From Lama guanicoe (lineage: Eukaryota): DNA of 64,000 nucleotides. The notes below the pieces were generated by a model. That model did no database searches. It was not told the origin of the DNA and saw only the letters and a list, made by a program, of their open reading frames with translations. The translations under genes and the position numbers were made by a program. The stretch is from NCBI GenBank assembly GCA_013239625.1, contig MU053881.1, forward strand, positions 1,426,001 to 1,490,000. The letters are read 5' to 3'. Positions within the stretch are counted from its first letter, which is position 1. Every line of letters starts with the position of its first letter. Shown here piece by piece: positions 50,377 through 61,377 of the stretch.

Positions 50377-50773
50377 TGACTTAGTCTGCAGGGCTGTCAT
50401 CACAGAATCCCGCAGGCTGGGCAGTTAAACAGCCGAAATGTATTTTCCCACTGTTCTGGAGAGTGGAATTCCAAGATCAAGGTGTCTGCAGGTTGGTGTC
50501 TGGTGAGAGCCCTCTCTTTGGGTTGGAGACCACCATCTTCTTGCTGTGTCCTTACATGACCTTTCCTCTGTGCACACAGACAGAGGTGGGGGTGCCCTCT
50601 GGTGTCTCTTCCTCTTCTTATAAGGACACCAGTTCTATTGGATCAGGGCCCCATCCTTGCGACCTCACTTCACCTCATTTACCTCCTTAAAGGTCCCATC
50701 TCCAAATCCAGTCACATTGAGGATTAGGGCTTCCACATATGAATTCTGATGGGACAGAATTCAGTCTACAACA
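50377..50773 (-). mobile_element. MLT1A/B-like MaLR solo LTR
   Basis: TCCAAGATCAAGGTGTCTGCAGG...CTTATAAGGACACCAG...ATTCAGTCTACAACA; near-TSD CCCAC/CCAAC. Confidence 0.88.
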
Positions 50774-52119
50774 CCAACTACCCTCCCGACTGTCACTTTC
50801 AAGCCATGTCACCTGCTTTGTTGAGCCAGCCCCCTGCCTGTCCCCTCACCTCTCGTGTGAAGGGCTGAATGATGCCTGGCTTGGTCAGCCCTCCATCACT
50901 GTCTACTGAACCAAAACTGAATGTGTCCTTCTCGGCAAAGGAAAGGTAACTTTAGTGAAAGAATGCTTTGAGATTTTCACAATCCCCTCTTGATGTAGTT
51001 GAGACCTGCTGGGGTATTACAAAACCAGACCTGACCCCCACTCCTGTATACCTCTCACCCCTGCCCTGCTGTGGTTTCTCTAATCGTTGGATTGAAATAG
51101 ACCAGACTGCCAAAACAAATCCTCCTGTTTCCACCCACAGGAAAGCGGGGCTTACATCATACTTTCTTAAGTAGTGGCTGTCATGTTCACGTTGGCGGCT
51201 TATATCGAAAAAAAGTCTGTTCTGGGATTTGTGAAAGAAATGGGTTTTAGATTGGCGGTGACTTGTGGCCTGGCGTGATTGCAGGCTTTGTCCTTGGCGG
51301 ATCAGGTTTGGTTTCCCCTGGAGAAGACCCTGCCAAGTGCCTGAGTGCTCAGCCCACTAGCCCAGGGAGAATGGGCGCCCTGGGGTCGGCAGCTCTGCCT
51401 GGGGGGGACCAGGGACCCTTTGCCTGCAGCCCCTGGGGATCCAGATGGCAGACCCACCGGTCACCTCTGGCCCACCCAAAGTTCTTTCCTTGAACCCACC
51501 TCACTGGAACCCTTGATATGTGGGGGCCGTCAGACGGGCCGGTGGAGCTGTGGGTCCCAAGGTCTCCAGAAGCTTCTGCCGCAGAACTGCTTTAATACTG
51601 ATGTGAGGGTCGGGCACGGGAGGGGTGGTGCAGGGGGCCGTGAGAACGGTGGGAAAGGGGCTGGATGGCATGTGGACAGAGCCCCTTGCGGGGTAGGGGT
51701 TCCTGCTTGCCCATGGCTCCCTTAATAGGACCTGAGTTTGTGAAACTGAAATGGCCCCGAATTTACTACAAAGTGTGTGTTTTTATCCAAGAAAAGCTGG
51801 AGGCCTGGTAAACTCCCTGCCTGTGGAGCTGGGGAGCGGTTCCGTTCGCTCTGCACCTGTAGACTGACTGGTAAGGGAAGGTTTCTAGCATGGAAGGGAT
51901 TTCTAAATCTCTTGGGCTCCAAGGTCCACAAAACTTTGAGCCAAGGGCCTCTGGAAACCATCTCCTCTCCCTCACAGTGAGGAGCTGAGCATTCATTCAT
52001 TCAGGGCCTGTCCCTGTGAAATGCTGGAAGATGGGGACCCAAATCAGGCAGAGTCCCTGTCCTCAGGAAATTTCCCTTTTAAGGGAGGGAGACCTACACA
52101 TACACCAACAGTTAAAAGT

Positions 52120-52370
52120 TTATCTGACAGACAATATATGTGGCACTTACTAAATGCCAGGCACTGTTCTAAGCATTTTCCATGAATTAAGTCATCCATC
52201 CTTACAAAAACCCTTTGAGGTAAGCCCTTCTAGTGTCGCCGTGTTACAGAGGAGGAAACTGAGGCACCAAAAAGTTTAGTAATGCCACGCAGGTCACAAG
52301 ATAGGAGAGGTTGGCGCTGGCATTCTGTGGCTGGTAGCCGGGCTCCAAAGGCTGTGCTTTTAACCCCCAG
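52120..52370 (-). mobile_element. MIR SINE
   Basis: TGCCAGGCACTGTTCTAAGCA...TTACAGAGGAGGAAACTGAGGCAC...AGGTCACA. Confidence 0.85.
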
Positions 52371-52714
52371 GTCAGACAGCCCCTCAGGATCCTCTGTGAA
52401 TGAGTTGGGGCCTCTGAGGGGGACAAGTGGTTGACACTGGCCCGGGGCCAGGGGATGACTCTTGAGCTGGAATGAAAGGAGCTTATCTGGAGTAGAAAAG
52501 GCAGGAAGATGTAGCAGAGGCATGTGTGTGTGGAGATGGGGAGGCGTCGAAACCCTGCCTGTCGGGAGCAGGGACCGCACTGGCCTGGCTGGGAGGAGCA
52601 CGTGTGCAGTGACATGGAAATGCAGGTGGAAAATGGGCAGCCAGATGGGGGCCTTTTTAGCTTGCACAATGTTACAAAATTATTTTTTAATATTGTGGTA
52701 AATTACATATGTTA

Positions 52715-52982
52715 CTTTTTTTTTTTTACTAACTGAAGTATAGTCAGTTACAATGTGTCAGTTTCTGGTGCACAGCATAATGTCCCAGTCCTGCACACAT
52801 ATACATACATTCGTTTTCATATTTTTTCATTAAAGGCTATTAAAAGATATTGAATATAGTTCCCTATGCTACACCGAAGAAATTTGTTTTTTAATCTATT
52901 TTTATACTTAGTGGGTAACATTTGCAAATCTCAAACTCCCAAATTTATCCCTTCCCACCTCTCCTCCAGTAACCATAAGATT
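52715..52982 (-). mobile_element. Young L1 3' end
   Basis: T tail then CTGAAGTATAGTCAGTTACAATG...GATATTGAATATAGTTCCCT...AAACTCCCAAATTTATCCC. Confidence 0.88.
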
Positions 52983-53926
52983 GCTTTGCTTTCTTTTAAT
53001 AGATTTATCATCAGAATCCATCCCTCAGACAAAAAGAATGAAAACAAACTCTTTTTGAAAAGCCTCTTGCCTAGCACAGAGCTGGTGCCAGGACACTGTG
53101 TTCTGTAACAGGGCGAAGCCAGGGGGCATTACCGATTCTCGGCTCCTTCTTCTGTGCACGTGCTGACTACAGCATCAGAGCTTCCTTTTCAAGGCAAGCC
53201 CTCTTGCTCAGTGCTCTTTACAACTTTGTGGGGTAGAAACAGTCAGTTGGAATTGGAACCCAACACATCAAACAGAACCTAGTATTGGAAGGAGAGATCA
53301 AACCAGATCAAAATCAGAGGAAAACAAAACAAAACAAACAAGGGAGGGAACGGTATGCATCGGGATAGAAGCTAAACCCTTCTGAAGATGCCTTGTGGTT
53401 TTGAGATTTGACTTTGGAAACATGTAAATATTTAAACATATAAAAAGTTAAATGCTTTTTGAAAACCGGATCGCCTACTTATTTTTTCACACGTGTGCAT
53501 GTTTCTTCCCACTTCTGAGTTGTAGTCAGTCGAGGTGCTGAAAAGCCACGAGAGGGGGAGATGTGAACAGAGAGAATCTGCAAGTTCTGTGTCTTGAGGG
53601 AGTTTATTCCTGTGGAGCCCCTTGTTCCTTGGAGCTGAATTTCAATAGCATCTCCCAAGGATGCTGTCTGGCACCAAAGTTCCCATCCTTTGGAGAGTCT
53701 CTCTCTCCCTCTCTCTCTCTCTCTTTTAGTTTCTGTTTCATGGGACATCTAATGCCTTCTCTGATCAATTCCTATAAAATTGAATTGTCTCCCTAATAAT
53801 ACATCTTGAAGGAGATTATGTTAAATGACATGCAAATGCTTAACTCTGGTATGTAGCTCAAAATGGATCATTGACAAGCCTTACCAAAGGGGTAATCAGT
53901 GACCTGTGTATTGGTCCTATTCACAG

Positions 53927-55370
53927 TTTTTTTTTTTATTGGGGTGGGATCTACATAACATAAAATTTGCCTTTTTAACAATTTTTAACTGTGCAGTTCA
54001 GTGGCATTAAGTACATTCACACTGTGCAGGATCAACACCACCATCTCGAGAACCTTTTCATCTTCCCCAACTGGAATTCTGGACCTGCTAAGTAACAACC
54101 CTCCTCATTCTCCCCCAGACCCTGGCAACCACCACTCTGCTTTCTGTGTCTATGAATTTGGCTGCTCTGGGGACTTCATGTAAGTGGAATCATACAGCAT
54201 TTTTCCCTTTGTGTCTGGCTTATTTTGTAAGCACATTAGCATAATGTCTTTAATGTCCATCGACATTGTAGTTGTGTCAGAATTTCATTCCTTTCCATGG
54301 CTGAGTAATATTCCATTTGAATGTCTGTATCCCCTCAAAATTCACATGTTGGAGTCCTAATCCTCAATATGATGGTATTAGGAGTGGGGGGCCTCTGGGA
54401 GGGGATGAGATAATGAGGGCAGAGCCCCCACGAATGAGATTAGTACCCTTATAAAAGAGGTCTGAAAGATTCCCTCACCCTTTCAACTGGGGGAGGATGT
54501 AAGAAGTCAGCAGTCTGCAGCAGGAAGAGGGCTCTCCCCAGAACCTGGCCATGCAGGCACCTTGATGTAGAACCGTGAGCAATAAATTGCTGCTCTTTAT
54601 AAGCCACCCGGAATGGACTAAGCAGTCCTGTTACAGCAGCCGGAACAGGCTCATATGCTATGTACACACAGCATTTTGTTTCCCACTCATCTGTGGGTGA
54701 ATGCTTAGATGTTTCTGCTCTTTGGCTGTTATGAATAAAGCTACCATGAACATTGGTGTAAATGCATCTGTTTCGAGACCCTGTTTTCGTTTCTTTTGGG
54801 TATACACCTGACAGTGGAATTTCTGAGTCATGTGGTACTTCTACACTGAACTTTTTGAGGAGCTGCCAAACTATTTTCCACTGTGGCTGCGCCATTTTTT
54901 ACGTCCCCACCAGCAATGAATGAGGGTTCTGATTTCCCTGCATCTTCACCAACACTTGTCATAGTTATCTAACAGGTGTGACGTGGCATCGCGTTGTGGT
55001 TTTGATTTGCATTTCACTAATGACAATGATATTGAGCTTCTTTTCATGTGCTTATAGACCACTTGTGTATCTTCTTGGAAGAAATGTCTATTCCAGAATT
55101 GTGTGCATTTTTCGTTGTGTTTCTTGCTATTGTTGTTGGATTGTTGGACTTCTGTATACATCCTGGATGTGAATTACTTATCAAATATATTATTTGCAAA
55201 TATTTTCTCCCATTATGAAGGTTATCTTTTCATTCTATTGATAGTGTTTTAAATGCACGGAAGTTTTTAATTTTGATGAAACCTAGTTCATCTGTTTTTC
55301 CTTTGTTGCATATGCTTTCGGTGTCACATCCAAGAAATGATGGCCAAATCTCATGTCGTGAAGTGTTTTG
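53927..55370 (-). mobile_element. L1MB-type element interrupted by an MLT1A LTR
   Basis: 3'UTR and ORF2-end motifs; antisense ORFs give L1 ORF2-like peptide (KHMKRSSISL, WKIVWQLLKK). Confidence 0.85.
54318..54655 (+). mobile_element. MLT1A0-like MaLR LTR
   Basis: TGAATGTCTGTATCCCCTCAAAATTCACATGTTG...CCCTTATAAAAGAG...GAACCGTGAGCAATAAATTG. Confidence 0.85.
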
Positions 55371-57289
55371 AAGAGTGGTCCCTTGGGGAACACCAGTGGC
55401 GTTTTGATACCCAGAATGGTGTCCTAGACCAGAAACTGTGGCAGAGTCTCTGGGGCCAGCTTGCATTTCAGGACCCCGGCATCTCTGTGCTCTTGGTCTC
55501 TGGGGGAGGCCTTTGGACAGTGTCTTCTCTGAATCAAAGGGACGAAGGGAAGGCACTGATACCTTCATAGGGGCCACATCCCCTTCTTTTGTAGCTGCTG
55601 CTCTTTCAACCCAAGTGTATGTAGTACCAAAGATAAACCGGTGTGCCTGGGATATCTCTCCCAAGTATTAATTCAAAACATTCATTTGATTCCTCCAGAC
55701 GCTCCCTCCGTGGACGCAGGAAGGGAGGGGCTTGGCGCAGGAAGTCTTTGCCACCCAGATGGGACCTGTACTGGGGGGTCCCACCCAGATGCTCCCCGGG
55801 CAGTGGGCCTCAATGCTGATGTGAAGGAGTCTGGAAGGGAAGAAAAACTCCCAGTAAAAGGGAGCCGAGCTAGGAAAATCCGGGTAATAAATAAATAACG
55901 TGGAGGTTGTAACAGCTATTGTTCTGAGTCTGGAAGCCCGTTCCTTCTGCAGCAGTCAGGGGCAGAGGCCAGGGCAGCAGTTGTCTGAGTTAGCCCAGAA
56001 GAATCCCGGTTTGTTTCCATTGCGTCCCAGTCCTCACTGAATTCTCCTGATCCCCCCTCCCCCGGGCATCTTGGCAACCCACCGGTTCTTCTAGCCAAAT
56101 GCTGGTGTCTTCCCAAGTCACACGGAAGCTTCCGGAACAGGGCTCTGAAAGAGCTTTCATCTCTCATGCCCCAGTGGGGGTCAGCGGGGGTCAGCGGGGG
56201 TCAGCGGGGCCTGCCAGGGTGCCCGCAGGTACAATCTGGCCCTGCTGGGTTGAACCTTGCCAGACCTCCAGGCCCGGCTGCTTCCCTACCTACTCCCCCC
56301 GTGGCTGGAGTCTCTCCTCAGCCCCGTGTCCTGTGTGCCCAGCCGTGTCCGTGCCCTGAGACCTCCCGGCCACAACGAGGGCCCTGAGAGGTCGCTCTGC
56401 TGGTAATTGGCACCTGCCGTCTCGTGTTTAGTTCCCTCTGGGCCTCAGTTTCCTCATCTGTGGAATGGGGATGACCACTCCTCTCTCAGGGGACTGTCAT
56501 GAGCATCAGAGTGGCCAGCTTCCCCCATTAGAATCAACATCCAAAAGAGTCCTATAATGTAAAACAAATTACTTGTCTGCTGTCCTTCAAAACATTTTTC
56601 TCCACCGTATTCTATGTTCCCTGGGGAAGAGAAGAAAGGCAGGGGGGAGTATGTTGAGAGTTGTAAACATACATGTTTTCACTTGAAGAGGGTTTAAGCT
56701 GTTTTGCGTTTCTGAGAGGAGCCATCAAATGTGTCCTTCAAGGTCTTTGCTTCCCAATTAGGCAACATGCACAGTGATTAACCACCCCTCCCTTTGGGGC
56801 CCAATTGTCTAAAAGACCTAGTGGCGCCTAATGAGGAGACATGAAAGACACTCTTTTGGGGACAGTTCTGCTTACACTGTCTGCTTTTCATTTAAACAGG
56901 CCATTTGTTTGCAGGCGAGATGGGTTGCTGGGTTAGGTGGGTGACTCAGCGCCCTGCGTGAGGACCAGTAACACTGCGAGACTGTGTGTCTGCTGTGAGT
57001 CCGCCCCCCCCCCCCGTCGCTCTACCTTGGCTGGAGAACTGGGGCCTTCCCCATACCCCAGTTACTGTTTCTCCTGCTCAGAGCTTTGTGACCAAGATGA
57101 CTGTTTTGGAACCCTTGGGTTGCCTAGAAAACAATTTCTTCCAGTAAATGGAAGTAACAGTGCTTAAAAGTAATGTCAACAGCCACGGTCTCTCGGCCTT
57201 TTATGGTTTAGAAGATGCAGTTCAGCCCTTACTGCTTAGAGAATCCAAACCCTAGTCCTGGTAGGCAGGAGACACAGAGATTCTGGTAA

Positions 57290-57550
57290 CTCCACTGTAT
57301 GGATGGGCAAACTGAGGGTCAGAGGAGTTCGGTGATGCAGATAGAGGGTGATAAAGCTAGGGCTGGAATCCTGACTGTCTGACACCTGGGGCTCAAATCC
57401 TGGCCCTACGTTGGTATTCGGGAGCTTAGAGAAATAGTTTAAGTCACTTGAACTCTAGTTTCCTAATCTGTTCAACTGAGAAATTAAGAATGCCCGCACT
57501 GAAAGGAGGACTAGATGAAGTTGTATGTATGAAGTCCCTAGAATGGTGGC
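57290..57550. mobile_element. Two adjacent MIR fragments in opposite orientation
   Basis: GATGGGCAAACTGAGG (minus) followed by GGGCTCAAATCCTGG...AGTTTCCTAATCTGT (plus). Confidence 0.6.
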
Positions 57551-57718
57551 TGGCATGAGCATATGGGCCCTGCCCCTCTGCCTTCATTTTTCGCTAGGTC
57601 AGTGGCAGAGGCAGGTGCCCAAGTGGCCCTGCTCACCTTGTGCACAGGCACACACCAGCCACATCCAGAGCACTCATGCAAGTCACTGGCAGTTATGGAC
57701 GTGCGAGTGGCAGATTGG

Positions 57719-58335
57719 TGTGGCAGGCAGAATCCCAAGGTAGCCCCAGGATTTCTGCCCCTGGTGTGCAGCCCTATAGTCCCTTCCCTTGAGTGTGGGT
57801 AGAACCTATGACTAGGATGGGACATTACTCTTGGGATTATGTCACATTAAGATGGCAAAGGGCTATTGCAGATGTGATTAAGGTCACTAATCAGTTGAGT
57901 TCAAATTAATCAAAAGGGAGATTGTCCCAGGGGGTCTGACCTAATCACACGAGCCCTTTCAATCTGGGTCTAGAAGTCAGAGATAGAAGAGGTCAGAGGG
58001 TTCAAAGCATGAGAGACCTTTGGAGGGGCCTGCATGGCCAGGAGCTGGGGGTGGCCTCTGGCAGCTAAAAGTAGCCCCCAGGCAGCAGCAAGTGAGAAAA
58101 CGAGGGCCTGGGTCCTACAGCTGCAGGGAACTGAGTTCTGCCCACAGCCACTTGAGCCTGAAAAAGGCCCCTGAGTTCCAGAAAGGAACACAGGTCCACC
58201 AGCACTGTGATTTCACCCCTCCCGGAGCGCACAGACCTGAGCAGAGGGCCCAGATTTCTCACCTGCAGAAAGTGTGAGCTGAGTTTTAAGTTGTCAAGTG
58301 TGTGGTCCTTTGTTTTCAGCAATAGAAAACTGACA
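57719..58335 (+). mobile_element. MLT1E-like MaLR solo LTR
   Basis: TGTGGCAGGCAGAAT...TGCAGATGTGATTAAGGTC...AATCAAAAGGGAGATT...CAGCAATAGAAAACTGACA. Confidence 0.88.
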
Positions 58336-58634
58336 GAACAGGCGGGGCCACTGTACGGTGACCGTATGAGTTATCTGTTACTGCAGACAAAGCACCACAA
58401 AACTTAATGGCTTAAACCACAAACATTTATTATCTCATAGTTTCTGAGAGCCAAGAATGCCAGTGCAGCTTAATTGGGTGCCTCTGCCTCAGGGTCTGAG
58501 ATGACTTTGTTGCTCATTCCTTCACTTCATTGACGTCTCTGCTCTGGTGGCATCTCCTCCAAGAGACTTTCCCCGACATGCCAGCACCCGTCACTCTCTG
58601 CCTCCCATATAGTCATTTAATTTTTTCCATGACA

Positions 58635-59086
58635 CTCGTGGGATAAATTGTGTCCCCCACCAAAAGATACGATGGCACCCTAGCCGCGGCTACCTAAGAA
58701 TGTACCCTTGTTTGGAGATAGGATCTTTGGGGATAGAGTCAAGTTCATATCCCGTCATGCTGGTTTAGGATGGGCCCTAACCTGATGACTGGCACTCATG
58801 TAAGAGGAGGGAGATTTAAACACACGGGGAGGACACCATGTGACAATTGAGGCAGAGACTGGAGCTGTGCATCTACAAGCCAAGGAATGCCAAGGATGGC
58901 TGGCAGCCCCCAGAAGCCGGGAGGGAGGGAAGGAAGGAGCCTCTTCTAGAGCTTTCAGAGGGAGCACGGCCCTGCAGACCCCTTGATTTCAGACTTCTGG
59001 CCTCCAGACTGTAGGACAATACATGTCTGGTATTTTGGCCACTAAGTTTGTGGGTATTTGTTATGGCAGCTGCCAATACTGATACA
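58635..59086 (+). mobile_element. MLT1C-like MaLR solo LTR inserted in an L2 3' end (~58510-59280)
   Basis: CTACAAGCCAAGGAATGCCAAGGATGGCTGGCAGC...TTTCAGACTTCTGGCCTCCAGACTGT...CTGATACA. Confidence 0.88.
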
Positions 59087-60229
59087 CTGATGCTCATCCT
59101 CATCGTCTCTCTCTCTCTCTCTATCTGTCTATCCAGTTTATGGTTTATAGTTTATAACCCATGTTCCCCACTGGCATGCGAGTTTCTTGAGAGCAGTTGA
59201 CTCTCTTTTGTTCCCAGTGAAACCCTCTGTACCTAAATCAGGACTTAATAAAAATGTGCTGAGTGAATGGATGAATATTTAGTTTAAAGGAAAAAAAAGT
59301 GTCCATGCTATGAATTCTCTCTACGCCACATTCCTCTGTAGTTAGAAAGGTTAAGAAGGAAATATGGTAAGTTACACTGATCTGTTTCTATATGAATATG
59401 TTTTTTTTTTACATCTCAGAGGAGAGAAGATACTGAATCTTTAGGAAAAAGCTATTTTCAATGAAAAACCTCAGATGTGAAAGCCAATAAAAGTAATCAT
59501 TTATATGAATAAGATAGAGGAATAGTACCACTTAAAATTTATTTTTCATGTAGCCTAGTCTTTAACGTTACCATAAAATTGTTGTGAACTAAATTCCACC
59601 GACTGCCTGTTTTTGGAGCAGGTCATCATTTCATTGAGAACAAGAAAAAGAGAACTAGGAAGGTAACTCTTGAAGTTAATTAGGGAAGAAATTGATACAA
59701 AATTCTGACTTTTGAGGAACTCCTTTGAAAATCTGTTGAAAGCTAAGGACTTAGACAAAAGTGCTGATTCATATACAATCTCACATGTGATTTCAGGGTG
59801 TGAGGATTTGTTGAAGCCCAAGGTTAAGAACTCTTTTTCTGAAGCATTTGTCAAAACGAGTCCGCGTTCTTGCCTGGGACGGACCCCAGTCCTCTTTCTG
59901 GGGTCCCGTTTCCCTTGGCCAGGGGTGAGATGGGGCCGCACCTCCACATCAGAGCTGAGCACCATTCTGTTAGGTTGTGAATGAAACTGTTTAAATGCAA
60001 AATGAATGACCTTGTGGGGTTGTTCAGTGTCCTTCTTTCAAAGCTCTCAAGGCACTGATTTTTCAAACAGTGATGAAAACAAAACCCCACAGGGAGGCTG
60101 GATAACAGTGTAAGAGTCGTAAGAGGCCTGCTCAGTGAGGTTTTCAGGAGGGCAAGGGACGGTTAATCAGCTGTGGCCTTGACTGTTCAGGGGCAAGTGC
60201 CAAAAGGAACAGGAGAAACAGAAGCAGCT

Positions 60230-60430
60230 TTTGGGTCAGTCTGGAAAACCCAGTTCTCCCACTGACAGGGTATGTGCCCTTGGGTAAGCGACTTAACCGC
60301 CCTAAGCCTCAGTTTTTCCGTCTGTATAAGGTGCGAGTAATACCACGCACCTTTAAGGGTTGTTGTGGAAATGAGGAATTAGGCATTGCAAGCACCTGGT
60401 GCAGAAATGCGCTGTGAATGGTAGCTCACA
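60230..60430 (+). mobile_element. MIR SINE
   Basis: CCTTGGGTAAGCGACTTAACC...GCCTCAGTTTTTCCGTCTGTATAAGG. Confidence 0.8.
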
Positions 60431-60812
60431 CTGCCGCCACTGCTGTGAATAATATTAATACTGACAGTACCTTACATTTGGTAATGTGTATCCCGTATCT
60501 GGAAAGCATTTAGGGAAAATTCCCAGGCCCCACCCAAGAATTACTGAATCAGACTTCCCTGCAGTGGTGCCCACGCATGCCAGGCCTCAGCCGTTTGCCC
60601 CTCCAGACCGTTCCACTCCCTTGTCCACCACACTCCGGGCCCCAGGAGGCTGACCAGCGTGGCCTGTGGTTGGGTCTCAGTTGACCTTCCTAAGTGTTAC
60701 TGTGGACCAGCCATGTCCCTTCAGCTCCTGTCACTCAGCATCTCCACATGGTTGTCTCTCTCTCCAGGTTCAGAAAGCTGCTCCCTCTACCAGCCTCTTT
60801 ATTCTTTCAGGT

Positions 60813-61377
60813 TGTTTAAAAACATACCCAGGATTTTATTTTAATTGGGGATGGTAAAATGACAGACACTGTGACGGCTGACTTGAAAGAAGAGTTTATG
60901 ACTCACAGCTCCCAAGAGGAGAGGACACAGCCCGCCATGGAGGGTCACACGGAGAAGCACCGGGGTGGGTCAGGAGGCAGATCGGCCAGGGGCCACTGTG
61001 TGGCCAGAGCTTGTACTGTGGTTGCGTGGGAAGGAAGTAGGGTAGGGTAGGCGAACTGAGCAAGCTGAAGATTGCCTGGTCTGAATACTTTCAGCAGGTT
61101 TTGGACTAGAGGGGTGGTCCCTAGCTGTCTGGTACCTGCCCTGGGGTGATTTAGGGCTGGGGGAATATTGGCCTGGTATGTGAGAGTCTGTAAACGTGGT
61201 GGTAGGAGGTATGGGGTTTGGACTGGCTGGTTTGCATATGAAAGATGTGCTTGAAGCCAGGCAGTTTGCTATCTTAGGAATTAGCTAACCCTGAGAGAGG
61301 CAGTCTCTCCCTGGCCAGCAAAGCATCAGAAGATGTCAAAGCATCATAAAATATTTTAAAAAAACATAATTAAGACA
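60813..61377 (-). mobile_element. MER74-like ERVL solo LTR
   Basis: Minus strand TG...ATGATGCTTTGACATC...GAGACTGCC...AATTCCTAAGATAGCAAAC...TTTCATATGCAAACC...CA resembles recalled MER74A. Confidence 0.75.

Noticed and set aside
59712..59984. ORF in AT-rich sequence that looked exon-like
   Set aside because: Its first part (CCTTTGAAAATCTGTTGAAAGCTA...GGTTAAGAAC) resembles a hAT MITE remnant and the peptide is unrecognisable.
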